This document shows, piece after piece, positions 19,694-29,338 of a stretch of DNA of 64,000 nt. The DNA lies in assembly GCA_964355335.1 (NCBI GenBank), contig CAYHDB010000002.1, positions 3,192 through 67,191 on the forward strand, in the 5' to 3' direction. Position 1 is the first letter of the stretch; the number at the start of each line of letters is the position of its first letter. The notes beneath the pieces were generated by a model, which did no database searches, had not been told where the DNA came from, and worked only from the letters and a program-made list of their open reading frames with translations. Source of the stretch: an uncultured Candidatus Saccharibacteria bacterium (GTDB lineage Bacteria; Patescibacteriota; Minisyncoccia; Phycocordibacterales; SIBU01). The position numbers and the translations under genes are program-made.

Positions 19694-22158
19694 TGAAGTT
19701 TGAATTTGATTGTTTGTGTCGCGATGACTTTTCCTGATGAATCGACAATCTCAATTATAAGCTGATGGTCACTCGGCGTGGTTATTGCCATTGAAAAAAT
19801 AGTACCGTCTATGTCTATTGTTGCGGGATGATTTGCCGTAAAGCTCATACCATCAATAACAGTAACTGTTTTGGCTGTGTTGGTAAGTTCGGGATTGATA
19901 TTTGTACCCACTACTGTTTCTACGTCATAAATAACACTCTGTCTTTCCTGTTTAGACACGACTATGTTGAGACGACTGAAAACGCTCTCAATTGATATGG
20001 GCATCGTACTGTCTCCCCTCAATAATTTTACACGCACTTTGAGTTTTTCGTTGCTCGTCGTTCCGTTAAGTGTGCCTGAGATTTTGTTTCCATTGGACTG
20101 GTTGGGGAAATTTGCTCCTTGGTTGTAGTATCGATTGGTGCCATCTGCATTTTTGGTTTCGTCTATTGTCTCCGGTGTGATTGTCAGAGTCTTTGTCGCC
20201 GAGGTACCGCTACCAGGATTACTTTCCTCTTTGCCCGCTGCGGACAAGTCTTCGGTTCCCATGACTTCAACTTCAGCCAACTCTATTCTTTGTGCGGTGG
20301 ATTCATTTCTTTGTATGCGAATAATTTTGCCGATTGCGTTTATCGATGCAATTTCCAAAGGAACAGTGCTACCAGAAGTCGTGGTTACCTGCTTCTCGTA
20401 CACCTTACCCCGGTCCTCTCTAAGCACAAAAAGCGTGAAGTCACCAAGGGCCTCCTGGTAACCACGATCACTTGTTTTGTATATTCGCACACTGCTGATG
20501 TAGCTGGTTTTAGCAAGACTGACTTCCCAGAATGGCTTTACCACATTTTCAGTAACTGAGGCACATTGACTGGCGTTGCAACCGCCAATTACAGTCTCCT
20601 TTACTCTGTTGACTGCTTTGTTTGCTCCAAACCGGTCATCAAAATATGTCCCCGATTGGCTGGCGGGCTGATCCGGTGCAAGATTCTTAAATATATAGGT
20701 TTTGTTTTGAATTGTAGGTGGAGGATTAAGTCTCTTGTTCTCCTCATCCACCGTTCCCGTAAAGGCATCCGTAGCGGATTTTACGGTGGAGGTAAGCGTG
20801 TAATTTTTACAATATTTCACCACAGAATTGTAGTCTTCGAGCGTCCAGGGCGGGAAGGTCACTGTACCGTTAACAACTATGCTTTTCACGGATAGTGCTT
20901 TGTTCCCGTAAGTAATTTTTCCATCTACACCTCTTGTCCCCACTTGTCCCCAAACTGTATTATCAGCTTTGTTAACAAAATAGAGATTATTTTGAAAAGC
21001 GGTGCAAAATCTGTCAGTAGTCATAAAGCTTTTTGTGGTTTCATCGTAAGGCAGGACACCTTCAGGTAGGTTTTGTGCTTCGGCATTTTCCGCCACGGTG
21101 GCTCCTGGGTTTTGGGCCAATATTCTTTGTACAGGAGTTTGACCCGGTCTCATCCCCGCACCTCCAGAGGATCCAGATGATCTTGTTGCTCCCAGAAGTC
21201 CGCCCGGTCCCATAACCTGGTTTATGAGTTGATTCACAAGGGCACCAAGAATTGCGTCGAGGTCCTTCGCGAGACCTACTCGACTAACATCAACCCCGAG
21301 TGTTTCTGTAAGGTTGCTTTCGATGAGCGATCCTGGAGTAGTAATTTCTCCCGTTTCACCATTAAATGCCGATAGGAACCCTTTACCCCAATCCAGTTCT
21401 TTTAAGCTGATGGTTTGTCGTCCGACAATCGCCACGTCAAGAGCATTGACACCTTTTATGTAGGCTCCGTAAGGGTTATTTTGTGGGTAGGCTGTAAGGT
21501 CTAGCCAGTTGTCCCAGCCGTTTTGGCCAAAATTGCCACCAGTGAAGGCTCGTTGAACGTTTTGTTGTATATCTGTGAGTCGACAGCCTATTTCCTGCCG
21601 ATAGCCATCATTCCCGAATTGAAGATTTAGAGATAGACGAAGTTGGAAATCAAACGGACTGCACAATATCTCTCCTATTGGCCCCAGTCCTTCGATGAAT
21701 TGTCCGACTGTTTGGTCTGCAATATCGGTAAGAAAGCCTTGAGGATTGGTCACGAAAAGAGGACTGCCCTTGAAACCTCCGTTTATCCACGCGATTGTCT
21801 GTGCGGTGAAGGTGTTTAGAAGAGAGCGGGCAAGTCCGATTACCATCGGTTCGACGATACAGCGTTGGACGGTGAAGCCTTGTGTTTGTCCCGAGGTGTT
21901 TGAAGCAGTTTTTTGATTGGCTTTTTCGTATGCCTTGACCGCGGCGTCATAGGTCGGTACAGACATCATTTCACCGGATATACCCTCACCCTCTGCTTGA
22001 GCTTGGTCTGCTTTCCCTTTGAAAAGTCCGGCAAGTACACCGGCCAGACAGCTTCCAGTATCAGCATTTGCTTTTGTGGCAAAGCCGAAAAACGTCGGTC
22101 CCGTCACAAAAGAAACGACGAGCGCTAAAACAATAAAACTTCTTGAACCTTTTTTCAT
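19690..22158 (-). CDS. Secreted cluster protein with an F5/8-C/fucolectin-like domain
   Basis: Signal peptide, WINGGFKGSPLFVTNP core, then ASQS...ANKAV...PFWEVSL...ELAEVEV. Confidence 0.6.
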   Translation of the reverse strand: MKKGSRSFIVLALVVSFVTGPTFFGFATKANADTGSCLAGVLAGLFKGKADQAQAEGEGISGEMMSVPTYDAAVKAYEKANQKTASNTSGQTQGFTVQRCIVEPMVIGLARSLLNTFTAQTIAWINGGFKGSPLFVTNPQGFLTDIADQTVGQFIEGLGPIGEILCSPFDFQLRLSLNLQFGNDGYRQEIGCRLTDIQQNVQRAFTGGNFGQNGWDNWLDLTAYPQNNPYGAYIKGVNALDVAIVGRQTISLKELDWGKGFLSAFNGETGEITTPGSLIESNLTETLGVDVSRVGLAKDLDAILGALVNQLINQVMGPGGLLGATRSSGSSGGAGMRPGQTPVQRILAQNPGATVAENAEAQNLPEGVLPYDETTKSFMTTDRFCTAFQNNLYFVNKADNTVWGQVGTRGVDGKITYGNKALSVKSIVVNGTVTFPPWTLEDYNSVVKYCKNYTLTSTVKSATDAFTGTVDEENKRLNPPPTIQNKTYIFKNLAPDQPASQSGTYFDDRFGANKAVNRVKETVIGGCNASQCASVTENVVKPFWEVSLAKTSYISSVRIYKTSDRGYQEALGDFTLFVLREDRGKVYEKQVTTTSGSTVPLEIASINAIGKIIRIQRNESTAQRIELAEVEVMGTEDLSAAGKEESNPGSGTSATKTLTITPETIDETKNADGTNRYYNQGANFPNQSNGNKISGTLNGTTSNEKLKVRVKLLRGDSTMPISIESVFSRLNIVVSKQERQSVIYDVETVVGTNINPELTNTAKTVTVIDGMSFTANHPATIDIDGTIFSMAITTPSDHQLIIEIVDSSGKVIATQTIKFKLQ

Positions 22159-22273
22159 CAGGTTTGCGTATATTATATCTTGAATCTTGTTATTCTGCGA
22201 TAGCAAATTTGTGAATTATGAAGTAGTTCAAAAGATTTTTCCTTTTTTGCCCCTTCCCCACTTTTTCTGTAGC

Positions 22274-23245
22274 CTAGATTTTATCGAAAAAGCCGTAACC
22301 GCGATCCTCCGGAGTAAACTCTATGTTTTCTGATTTGAAATAAACATTGAAACGTCTGACTGACGTCAAGAACTCCTGCACATTGTCTGCGTAGGCGGAA
22401 ATACCCGGTAAGGCCTTGATTTGATCAGTGAGAAAATATTTAAAACCGTCAATACTCCATGCCAGTCTTGTTACCGCGTTTACAAGCGCCAGGTGGGTCG
22501 CTGATGCACTTTTTGGCACTGTCATAGCTAGGAGTTCGCTCTCGATTCTCTTGTATTCGTCATATAACGGGTCAAGTTTTTCCAATTCAGCCGGGTCATT
22601 TTTGGTTTGCGCTCTATCCACGATTACCAGCTCGTGCTCCAAAGGTTTTTTTGGTTTTTTTGTGAGAGTTTCAGCAAGCATATTGCCATAAGCCCTTATT
22701 TTTTCAGGGTTTTCGGCAGAGGTGATTGTGATATCCCCTTCTGTGAATTCCTTCAGTGTCTGTGCTTCTATCTCTTGCTTGATGCTCGTATTTAGATAAT
22801 CAGTCAGATCTGCCTCAGTCGGAGGAGTGTTGGCCTTTTTCGCAGCGATTATTTTCAGAAATAAATCTCTGGAAAATTTGTCAGTCGAGGTGAGGTCGCC
22901 TTCTGTTTCCGTATTTACTTTTGTCGAGACGGTTTCCAGGTCTAGCTTGTCATTTGGTCCGGCCAACAAAGGATCCCTTCCTTGTTTTATCTCTTGTCCG
23001 TCCGTTGTTCCGTCACCGTCTGTGTCGGGAATATTCATATCGGTCTTCCAGAGTTGCTCCTCCCAATCTTTCAGGCCGTCGTTGTCGGCATCTTTGACCA
23101 GTATCGGAGATTCTTGAGATTTTTCTGCTGAAAGAGGTGCGGAATAGGTTCGCACATCAGACTTGTAAACAAAAAAATATACGAGCCCGGCCACAATAAA
23201 AATAAGCAATACGTAGGAAGTTAGTTTTTTACTAGGTAGTTTCAT
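22274..23245 (-). CDS. Membrane-anchored protein with thrombospondin type-3-like Ca-binding repeats
   Basis: DADNDGLKDWEE...PDTDGDGTTDGQE...DP. Confidence 0.7.
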   Translation of the reverse strand: MKLPSKKLTSYVLLIFIVAGLVYFFVYKSDVRTYSAPLSAEKSQESPILVKDADNDGLKDWEEQLWKTDMNIPDTDGDGTTDGQEIKQGRDPLLAGPNDKLDLETVSTKVNTETEGDLTSTDKFSRDLFLKIIAAKKANTPPTEADLTDYLNTSIKQEIEAQTLKEFTEGDITITSAENPEKIRAYGNMLAETLTKKPKKPLEHELVIVDRAQTKNDPAELEKLDPLYDEYKRIESELLAMTVPKSASATHLALVNAVTRLAWSIDGFKYFLTDQIKALPGISAYADNVQEFLTSVRRFNVYFKSENIEFTPEDRGYGFFDKI

Positions 23246-23347
23246 AGGCAAGAAAAACAAACAGATATTTGCGCGTTTGTTGATGAATATTATAGCAGAT
23301 GAAACGTCAAAATGTGTCTGTAAAATCGATGTGGTATACTGATTTGT

Positions 23348-24409
23348 ATGAAGTCGGACTCCTTAATATTTTTTTTGGGATTAATTGCAGGTTTTGTGCT
23401 GACTGTCTCGGTTTTTTCCTCAGCAGTTTTCGCCGATTCACCTGTATTTCACAGACAGCTTGGTCTTGGTTCGCGTGGAGTAGATGTTTTGAATTTGCAA
23501 AAGATGCTAAATAGCGACCCTGACACGCAAATTGCCTTTTCTGGTCCAGGGTCGCCCGGTCATGAAACAAGTACCTATGGTTCTCTTACTCGTCAGGCCG
23601 TTATAAAGTTTCAAAAGAAATACTCATCCGATATTCTGGCACTCGGACAAGCCCCCACAGGTTCGGTCGGTCCGAAGACATTAAACAAGATTAATTCCTT
23701 TTCAAGAAATAACGCCAATTTTTCTGTAGCGCCATCAGCACCAGTTGCCCCAAGCGCTCCGACGAAGAGTACAGAAGATGTTTACACAGGAAGATCTCAA
23801 GCTTCTCCGACCTCGAGCTCTGAAACCACACCGGATACCACAAAAATTAATCCAAACCTTGTTAATCTGGATAGATTTATAAATGATGTACAGACTGTTG
23901 GGAAAAAGAAGGGTTTTTCTAGTGATCAGTTGGCAGAGGTTGTCGGCGGTATTAAAACAACTGTTGCTACGACTACGGATTTTCGTAAGGAGTTTGCTAA
24001 AGTTAGGGCACAGGCCAAACGTGTAACGAAGCTTTCTGATAGCTCTGTGTACTCCTTGTCGCCGAGCAATCTTTTCAAGGATATTCTGGTTTCCTTGGGT
24101 GTATTTCCAAAAATTGCTGAGGCGCAAATAGGAGGAGATCCGTTTGGCGGTGCGATTTATTTTATATTCTACTGCGTCTGCACAGGCAATTGGCTTGTGG
24201 GGTTGCAACCTTTGCCTCCGTATTATCCGGTGCTACTTACATATTATATGGGGACTCAGGAATATGCCAATTACAATACTCCCTTTACTTTTGAGCTATT
24301 GGGTTTTTACAGAAGTGGATCCGGGCAGTGTGAGGAATATGCCGGTACATCCTGCGTCAGTGTGCCAAATGAAGGAGAAATTACAGGCACGCTAGGCTCT
24401 TCTATCTAA
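23348..24409 (+). CDS. Peptidoglycan-binding domain protein with Cys-containing C-terminal domain
   Basis: LGLGSRGVDVLNLQKMLN...YGSLTRQAVIKFQ...TGSVGPKT. Confidence 0.8.
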   Translation: MKSDSLIFFLGLIAGFVLTVSVFSSAVFADSPVFHRQLGLGSRGVDVLNLQKMLNSDPDTQIAFSGPGSPGHETSTYGSLTRQAVIKFQKKYSSDILALGQAPTGSVGPKTLNKINSFSRNNANFSVAPSAPVAPSAPTKSTEDVYTGRSQASPTSSSETTPDTTKINPNLVNLDRFINDVQTVGKKKGFSSDQLAEVVGGIKTTVATTTDFRKEFAKVRAQAKRVTKLSDSSVYSLSPSNLFKDILVSLGVFPKIAEAQIGGDPFGGAIYFIFYCVCTGNWLVGLQPLPPYYPVLLTYYMGTQEYANYNTPFTFELLGFYRSGSGQCEEYAGTSCVSVPNEGEITGTLGSSI

Positions 24410-25172
24410 GAGTTGCGAGAGTTTTCCACTCCTCGAGGGACAAGTTCTCTGCACGTGTATTTTTTTCAATACCGGATTTTCCCATTATTTTTTCGATTTC
24501 CGGAAGTATTTCCTTCAGGTTTGCGGAAAGTTTTTTTCGTTTGTGAGCGAAACCTGTTTTAACAATTGTGAAAAAAACTTCCTCGGTAAACCCATCAAAG
24601 AAGGACTTCGAAATATTTTCGATAGCAAGAATTGCCGAGTCGACTTTTGGAGGTGGCGCAAAACTGCCGGCTTTCACTATGCCGATTATTTTCGGAGAGC
24701 CGTATGCTTTTACAGAAATGGAGAGAATACTTTCTTTCTTGTCGCGGGCAATTATTCTTTCAGCTACCTCCTTCTGAACAAGGATTACCATTCTTGATGG
24801 CTGTTGCTCCGCTTCTAAAAACTTTCTGATAAAAGCACCCGTAATATAATACGGTATGTTCGCTATTACTTTATACTTTGAAAATTGAAAATTGGAAATT
24901 GAAAATTCCAAAATATCATTTTCAATTAAAGCTAATTGTCCGGAGGCAATCTCTCTTGAAAATCTGTTATGCAGATGCGGTATAAGTCGCCGGTCCTTTT
25001 CAATCGCAATTACTTTTGCACCAGCTTTTAATAGAGCCTCCGTAAGCACTCCTTCTCCAGGCCCTGCCTCAAGTACCGTTTCTCCAGGATGGATATCTCC
25101 CGCTTTTACTATGTCAGATATGGCTTTTCCGGAACGGAGAAAGTTTTGCCCGAGTGATCTTTTTTGTATCAT
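24402..25172 (-). CDS. rsmA: 16S rRNA m6,2A dimethyltransferase KsgA/RsmA
   Basis: SLGQNFL, EAGPGEG, NIPYYIT, QKEVAER, PPPKVDS. Confidence 0.96.
   Translation of the reverse strand: MIQKRSLGQNFLRSGKAISDIVKAGDIHPGETVLEAGPGEGVLTEALLKAGAKVIAIEKDRRLIPHLHNRFSREIASGQLALIENDILEFSISNFQFSKYKVIANIPYYITGAFIRKFLEAEQQPSRMVILVQKEVAERIIARDKKESILSISVKAYGSPKIIGIVKAGSFAPPPKVDSAILAIENISKSFFDGFTEEVFFTIVKTGFAHKRKKLSANLKEILPEIEKIMGKSGIEKNTRAENLSLEEWKTLATLR
24878..24905. repeat. 4x heptamer TTG(A/G)AAA tandem inside rsmA
   Basis: TTGAAAA TTGAAAA TTGGAAA TTGAAAA, encoding FSISNFQFS. Confidence 0.7.
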
Positions 25173-25278
25173 ACGAAAATTTTATACGAATATACGAAAG
25201 TATACGAAATTAAGAAAATAGTCAGATGGCAGTTTTCGTATTTGTTCGTATATTCGCACAAATTCGTATTTTCGTATA
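25171..25278. repeat. TACGAA inverted-array repeat
   Basis: Fills the pcrA-rsmA gap. Confidence 0.85.
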
Positions 25279-27261
25279 CTAATCAAGGTAGATTATCTTC
25301 CCCCCTCCCGCAAATGGCTCCTCTTTTTCCACCAACTCTTCATCGACGTCGAAGATGAATTCAGAAGGAACGTTCACTTGCTTCGAGCCGTAGATTGTCC
25401 GGACAGAGGCGTAGGAAAGATAAAGTTTCTTTTTAGCGCGTGTCATAGCTACGTAGAAAAGTCTGCGCTCCTCCTCATCGTCACGATTATTATTTTTCGA
25501 CGTTTCGTGTTTTTGGTGAGGGAATAAATCTGCTTCAAGACCGGTGATGAAGACATAACCAAACTCGAGACCCTTCGCTGAGTGAACTGTCATCAGTTTT
25601 ACCGCTTCCTTATTTTTCATCAATTCGTCTTGGTCGCTAGCCAGAGCCGCATCTTCAAGGAACTTCTCGATACCCTCTTCAGGTTTTGCGAACATGTCAT
25701 ATTTGGTGGCATAGGTTACAAGCTCGCGAATATTTTCAAGGCGTTCTTCCTCTTCTGCCCCACCGTTTTTAAAAGATTCTTCCATCCCCGAGCTACGTAA
25801 AATATATTTTACGGTTTGCGACGGTTTTTCTTTGAGAGCCACTTCTTTGATGTTGACCAGAAGTTTTCGGAACTCCAACACTTTTTGTTTTGTCGCTGGA
25901 GGTAGTGTCGACTCTTGGCCAGCGAAGATTTTTAAAATCGTGACTTTTCCCAAACCTCGAGGAGGAACATTTACGATACGCTTCATGTCGGAAAAACTTT
26001 CGGTGTTTAGTGATGCTTTTAGGTATGACATTACATCTTTAATCTCTTTTCTCTCAAAAAACCGAGTACCCAATACTTGGTAAGGGATATTCTCCCGAAG
26101 CATTGCTTCTTCTAATGCTCTTCCTTGGAAATTGGCTCGATATAGGACCGCAATTTCGGAAGGAGAAATCCTCTTGCTTTCTATAAGTTCTTTTGATTTT
26201 AGGGCCACAAAACGGGCTTCGTCGTTTTCATCGTAGGCTTCCATCAGACCGATTTGCTCACCTTCCCCGTTCTTAGTAAAGAGGTTTTTTTCCTTCCGGA
26301 ACTTATTTTTGGTAATTACACGATTAGCCGCGGTCAAAATGGTCTGGGTCGAGCGATAATTTTCCTCCAGAAGTATTATTTTAGCGTCGGGGTAGTCTTT
26401 TTCGAACCCCATGATATTTTTCATGCTCGCTCCTCTCCAGCTATAGATGAGTTGATCGGGATCCCCCACGACACAAATGTTCTTTTCTTTCTCCGCCAGA
26501 TATTTTGCTATCAGGTACTGAACCTTGTTTGTATCTTGATATTCGTCAATGTGAATGTGTGACCAGATGTTTTGATAATGAGTTCGTACTTCCGTGTTGT
26601 CTCGAAGCAGTAATGCTGTTTTCAGAAGAAGGTCATCAAAGTCCAGTGATTTTTCTTTCACAAGCGCATTTTCGTAGTGTTTCCAAACCGAAGCAACCAT
26701 TTTTGGGATATATTCCATATCTGCCTTTGCTTCAAACTCTTCACAGGTCACCGCGTTTCCCTTTTCACGGCTAATCAAGTTTTGTATAAGTCCTGGGTCG
26801 AAGTTCTTTCTGTCGATGCCCTCCATATCCATTGCTTCTTTGATGAATTTCATTGAATCACTCTTGTCCAGGATGGAAAAATGCCTCGGTATGCCGAGTA
26901 ATTGAGAGTTTTCCTTCAGTATATGCACCCCAAGAGCGTGAAAGGTGGAGATGAATGGTGAACCTGTAACAAATGACCGATAACCCATAACTGAATTACT
27001 GAAGGCGGAGACGGGGAAATTAAGAGTTTTATCCTCAGACAATAGCTTCTCCACCCTGTCCCTCATTTCCTTTGCCGCCTTGTTCGTAAAGGTAATGGCT
27101 AGGATTTTTTGTGGAGGAATACCCTCTTTTATCAAATGCAGAATGCGGTGCGTAACGGTCTTAGTCTTTCCCGCTCCGGCACCCGCAATTATCAAAACGG
27201 GCCCCTCTTTTTGGAGCACAGCTTTCTTTTGTTCCTCATTTAAACCGTTTAAGTGGTCCAT
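25279..27261 (-). CDS. pcrA: ATP-dependent DNA helicase PcrA/UvrD
   Basis: AGAGAGKT, TFTNKAA, DEYQDTN, NYRS, TVHSAKGLEF, EERRLFYVAMTRA. Confidence 0.96.
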   Translation of the reverse strand: MDHLNGLNEEQKKAVLQKEGPVLIIAGAGAGKTKTVTHRILHLIKEGIPPQKILAITFTNKAAKEMRDRVEKLLSEDKTLNFPVSAFSNSVMGYRSFVTGSPFISTFHALGVHILKENSQLLGIPRHFSILDKSDSMKFIKEAMDMEGIDRKNFDPGLIQNLISREKGNAVTCEEFEAKADMEYIPKMVASVWKHYENALVKEKSLDFDDLLLKTALLLRDNTEVRTHYQNIWSHIHIDEYQDTNKVQYLIAKYLAEKEKNICVVGDPDQLIYSWRGASMKNIMGFEKDYPDAKIILLEENYRSTQTILTAANRVITKNKFRKEKNLFTKNGEGEQIGLMEAYDENDEARFVALKSKELIESKRISPSEIAVLYRANFQGRALEEAMLRENIPYQVLGTRFFERKEIKDVMSYLKASLNTESFSDMKRIVNVPPRGLGKVTILKIFAGQESTLPPATKQKVLEFRKLLVNIKEVALKEKPSQTVKYILRSSGMEESFKNGGAEEEERLENIRELVTYATKYDMFAKPEEGIEKFLEDAALASDQDELMKNKEAVKLMTVHSAKGLEFGYVFITGLEADLFPHQKHETSKNNNRDDEEERRLFYVAMTRAKKKLYLSYASVRTIYGSKQVNVPSEFIFDVDEELVEKEEPFAGGGKIIYLD

Positions 27262-27405
27262 CGCGCAACAACTATATCACGCATATGGAAATTAATAGTT
27301 GTGAATTGAAAATTGATCTTAAAAGCGTAGTTTTTTCTAATCCAATAGGAAAATAATTTTTAACTTTTGTCCAAAATCGTTGTCCACAGCAGGGTGTTGC
27401 GTCGA

Positions 27406-27434
27406 TTGACTTTCGACCCCAAAAAGCCTATAGT
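27406..27434 (+). promoter_or_regulatory. Sigma70-like promoter
   Basis: TTGACT-17 nt-TATAGT upstream of the M23 gene. Confidence 0.6.
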
Positions 27435-27592
27435 ATTTGGTATATACCGATGACGGTAGTTATTCTGTTTTGGCTCAACAGAGCCATATATTGGCAGACA
27501 GGCGGAATTCGTTAATCAAAATAAGGCTTATTTCGAAAGACTCCATCATACCTTGCGAGCTTAGTTCTAAGAAACGGCTCAACAAGGCCATA

Positions 27593-28606
27593 ATGTCGGT
27601 AATTAAGACCCTTTTGTATACACGGGTCGTTATTGCCTTGATAGTTGTCGGAATGCCGTCTTATGCTAGCGCCGGCATTTTTTCTTTTGTGGCGGATATG
27701 TTTTCAAGTAAATCCGAGACTCAGATGGCTTCTGTCGTTACATCTCAAAATATTACTCTACTCCAGGCTGCGCTTAGCCCCGATCCAAACCCCGCGAAAG
27801 GAGGAGGTGATATCACCGTAGTCGGGGGCGTCGCTCTTTTGCCTGAAAGTGGACCATCTGGCACCATGGTGGATATCGAGGAAGGACATTCGGATATGAT
27901 TAGTATTTATGTCGTACGCCCGGGCGATACCCTGTCCCAAATCGCCAAGATGTTCGGTGTTTCTGTAAATACTATTATGTGGGCGAACAACGTCACTCCT
28001 AAGACTCTTCAACCAGGGAGCCAATTGGTCATCTTGCCGATTTCAGGTATTCAGCATGTTGTAAAATCAGGAGATACTTTGAAGAGCATTGCCACGAAGT
28101 ATAAAGCGGATGCAAAGGAAATTGCTCAGTTTAACAATATTCTTGCAAGCGAGTCTCTCACTGTTGGAACGAACATTATTATCCCGGATGGAGAAGGAGT
28201 GGCAATTGCTCCTACTTCTTCCGCTACTTCCCGATTGCGTGGCTCCGGTGGTCCTGATTTGGATTATTATTATGCCAGTCCGATTGCGCATTACAAAAGG
28301 ACTCAAGGATTGCACGGCTACAACGGAGTTGATCTTGCTGCCTCTGTCGGCACTCCTGTTATGGCCGCTGCTTCCGGTACTGTCATTGTGAGTAAGAATT
28401 ATGGATGGAATGGAGGTTATGGTGAATACATTGTAATTGCTCATAGCAATGGTACTCAAACTTTGTATAGTCACTTAAACGACAACATTACCTACACAGG
28501 TATGCAGGTCTTCCAAGGACAAGTCATTGGTTATGTCGGTTCTACCGGCAAGTCTACCGGTCCGCATCTTCACTTTGAAGTTCGAGGAGCGAAGAATCCT
28601 TTTTAG
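27593..28606 (+). CDS. LysM x2 + M23 peptidase (peptidoglycan endopeptidase)
   Basis: Two LysM motifs (YVVRPGDTLSQIA, HVVKSGDTLKSIA); M23 motifs YNGVD, YSHL, GPHLHFEV; start uncertain. Confidence 0.92.
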   Translation: MSVIKTLLYTRVVIALIVVGMPSYASAGIFSFVADMFSSKSETQMASVVTSQNITLLQAALSPDPNPAKGGGDITVVGGVALLPESGPSGTMVDIEEGHSDMISIYVVRPGDTLSQIAKMFGVSVNTIMWANNVTPKTLQPGSQLVILPISGIQHVVKSGDTLKSIATKYKADAKEIAQFNNILASESLTVGTNIIIPDGEGVAIAPTSSATSRLRGSGGPDLDYYYASPIAHYKRTQGLHGYNGVDLAASVGTPVMAAASGTVIVSKNYGWNGGYGEYIVIAHSNGTQTLYSHLNDNITYTGMQVFQGQVIGYVGSTGKSTGPHLHFEVRGAKNPF

Positions 28607-28676
28607 GAGCATTTGACACCCGCCCGTACCGAACTGTCAGCACGTTCGGGCGGGATTAACCTTTGACCGTTGACAC

Positions 28677-28705
28677 AAAAAACCGAGCGAAGAGCTCGGT
28701 TTTTT
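28677..28705. terminator. Intrinsic terminator
   Basis: AAAAAACCGAGC-GAAGA-GCTCGGTTTTTT. Confidence 0.7.
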
Positions 28706-28774
28706 GTTTAACCTTGACTCATTACTAGATTTCACTATAGTTCAAACAGAAATTGGTTTTTAAACAGTCTGTGC

Positions 28775-29275
28775 TTGAAAGGGGTTGAAAATATTGTGAA
28801 TACTAAACGTGTGTGTGGTGAATGCACAATGTGTTGTAAGACGCACGGTGTAATTGAGCTTCAGAAGCCAGCAGGTCAATGGTGTGGTAATTGTAAAATC
28901 GGTAAAGGCTGTAACATCTATGAAGAGCGTCCAGGGTCTTGTCATGATTTTGTATGCGCATGGTTGATGGGATTTGGACTTTCTGAACATTCCCCAAACA
29001 TAACCAAAATTGTCGTAGACTTGAGGGAAATGACCGGTCTAGGTCTAATGTTCTGGTTCTGGGAGGCGAGCGAGGGTACACTGGGCACTCCATTTGTGAG
29101 ACAACAAACACGCCTCAATCTTCAATGCGGCAAAGCTGTCATGCACATCCCAGCTCTTGGCCGTCCCAGACTCTATCTGCCAACAGGAAAGAGCAGTGAA
29201 GATTTTGCTTTCAAGTTTGGCGAGATCGACGAGAAAGATGTAGAGGTAATATCGTTTTCGGAAGAGATGTTTTAA
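28775..29275 (+). CDS. Cys-cluster (YkgJ-like) hypothetical protein
   Basis: CGECTMCC...WC..C....GC.IYEERP..C..F.C.W. Confidence 0.65.
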   Translation: MKGVENIVNTKRVCGECTMCCKTHGVIELQKPAGQWCGNCKIGKGCNIYEERPGSCHDFVCAWLMGFGLSEHSPNITKIVVDLREMTGLGLMFWFWEASEGTLGTPFVRQQTRLNLQCGKAVMHIPALGRPRLYLPTGKSSEDFAFKFGEIDEKDVEVISFSEEMF

Positions 29276-29338
29276 ATCCGCTTAGTAGCTAAATGCGAAC
29301 AGCGGTTTTTTTGTTGGAAAGAAAATGGCCGTGAGTAT

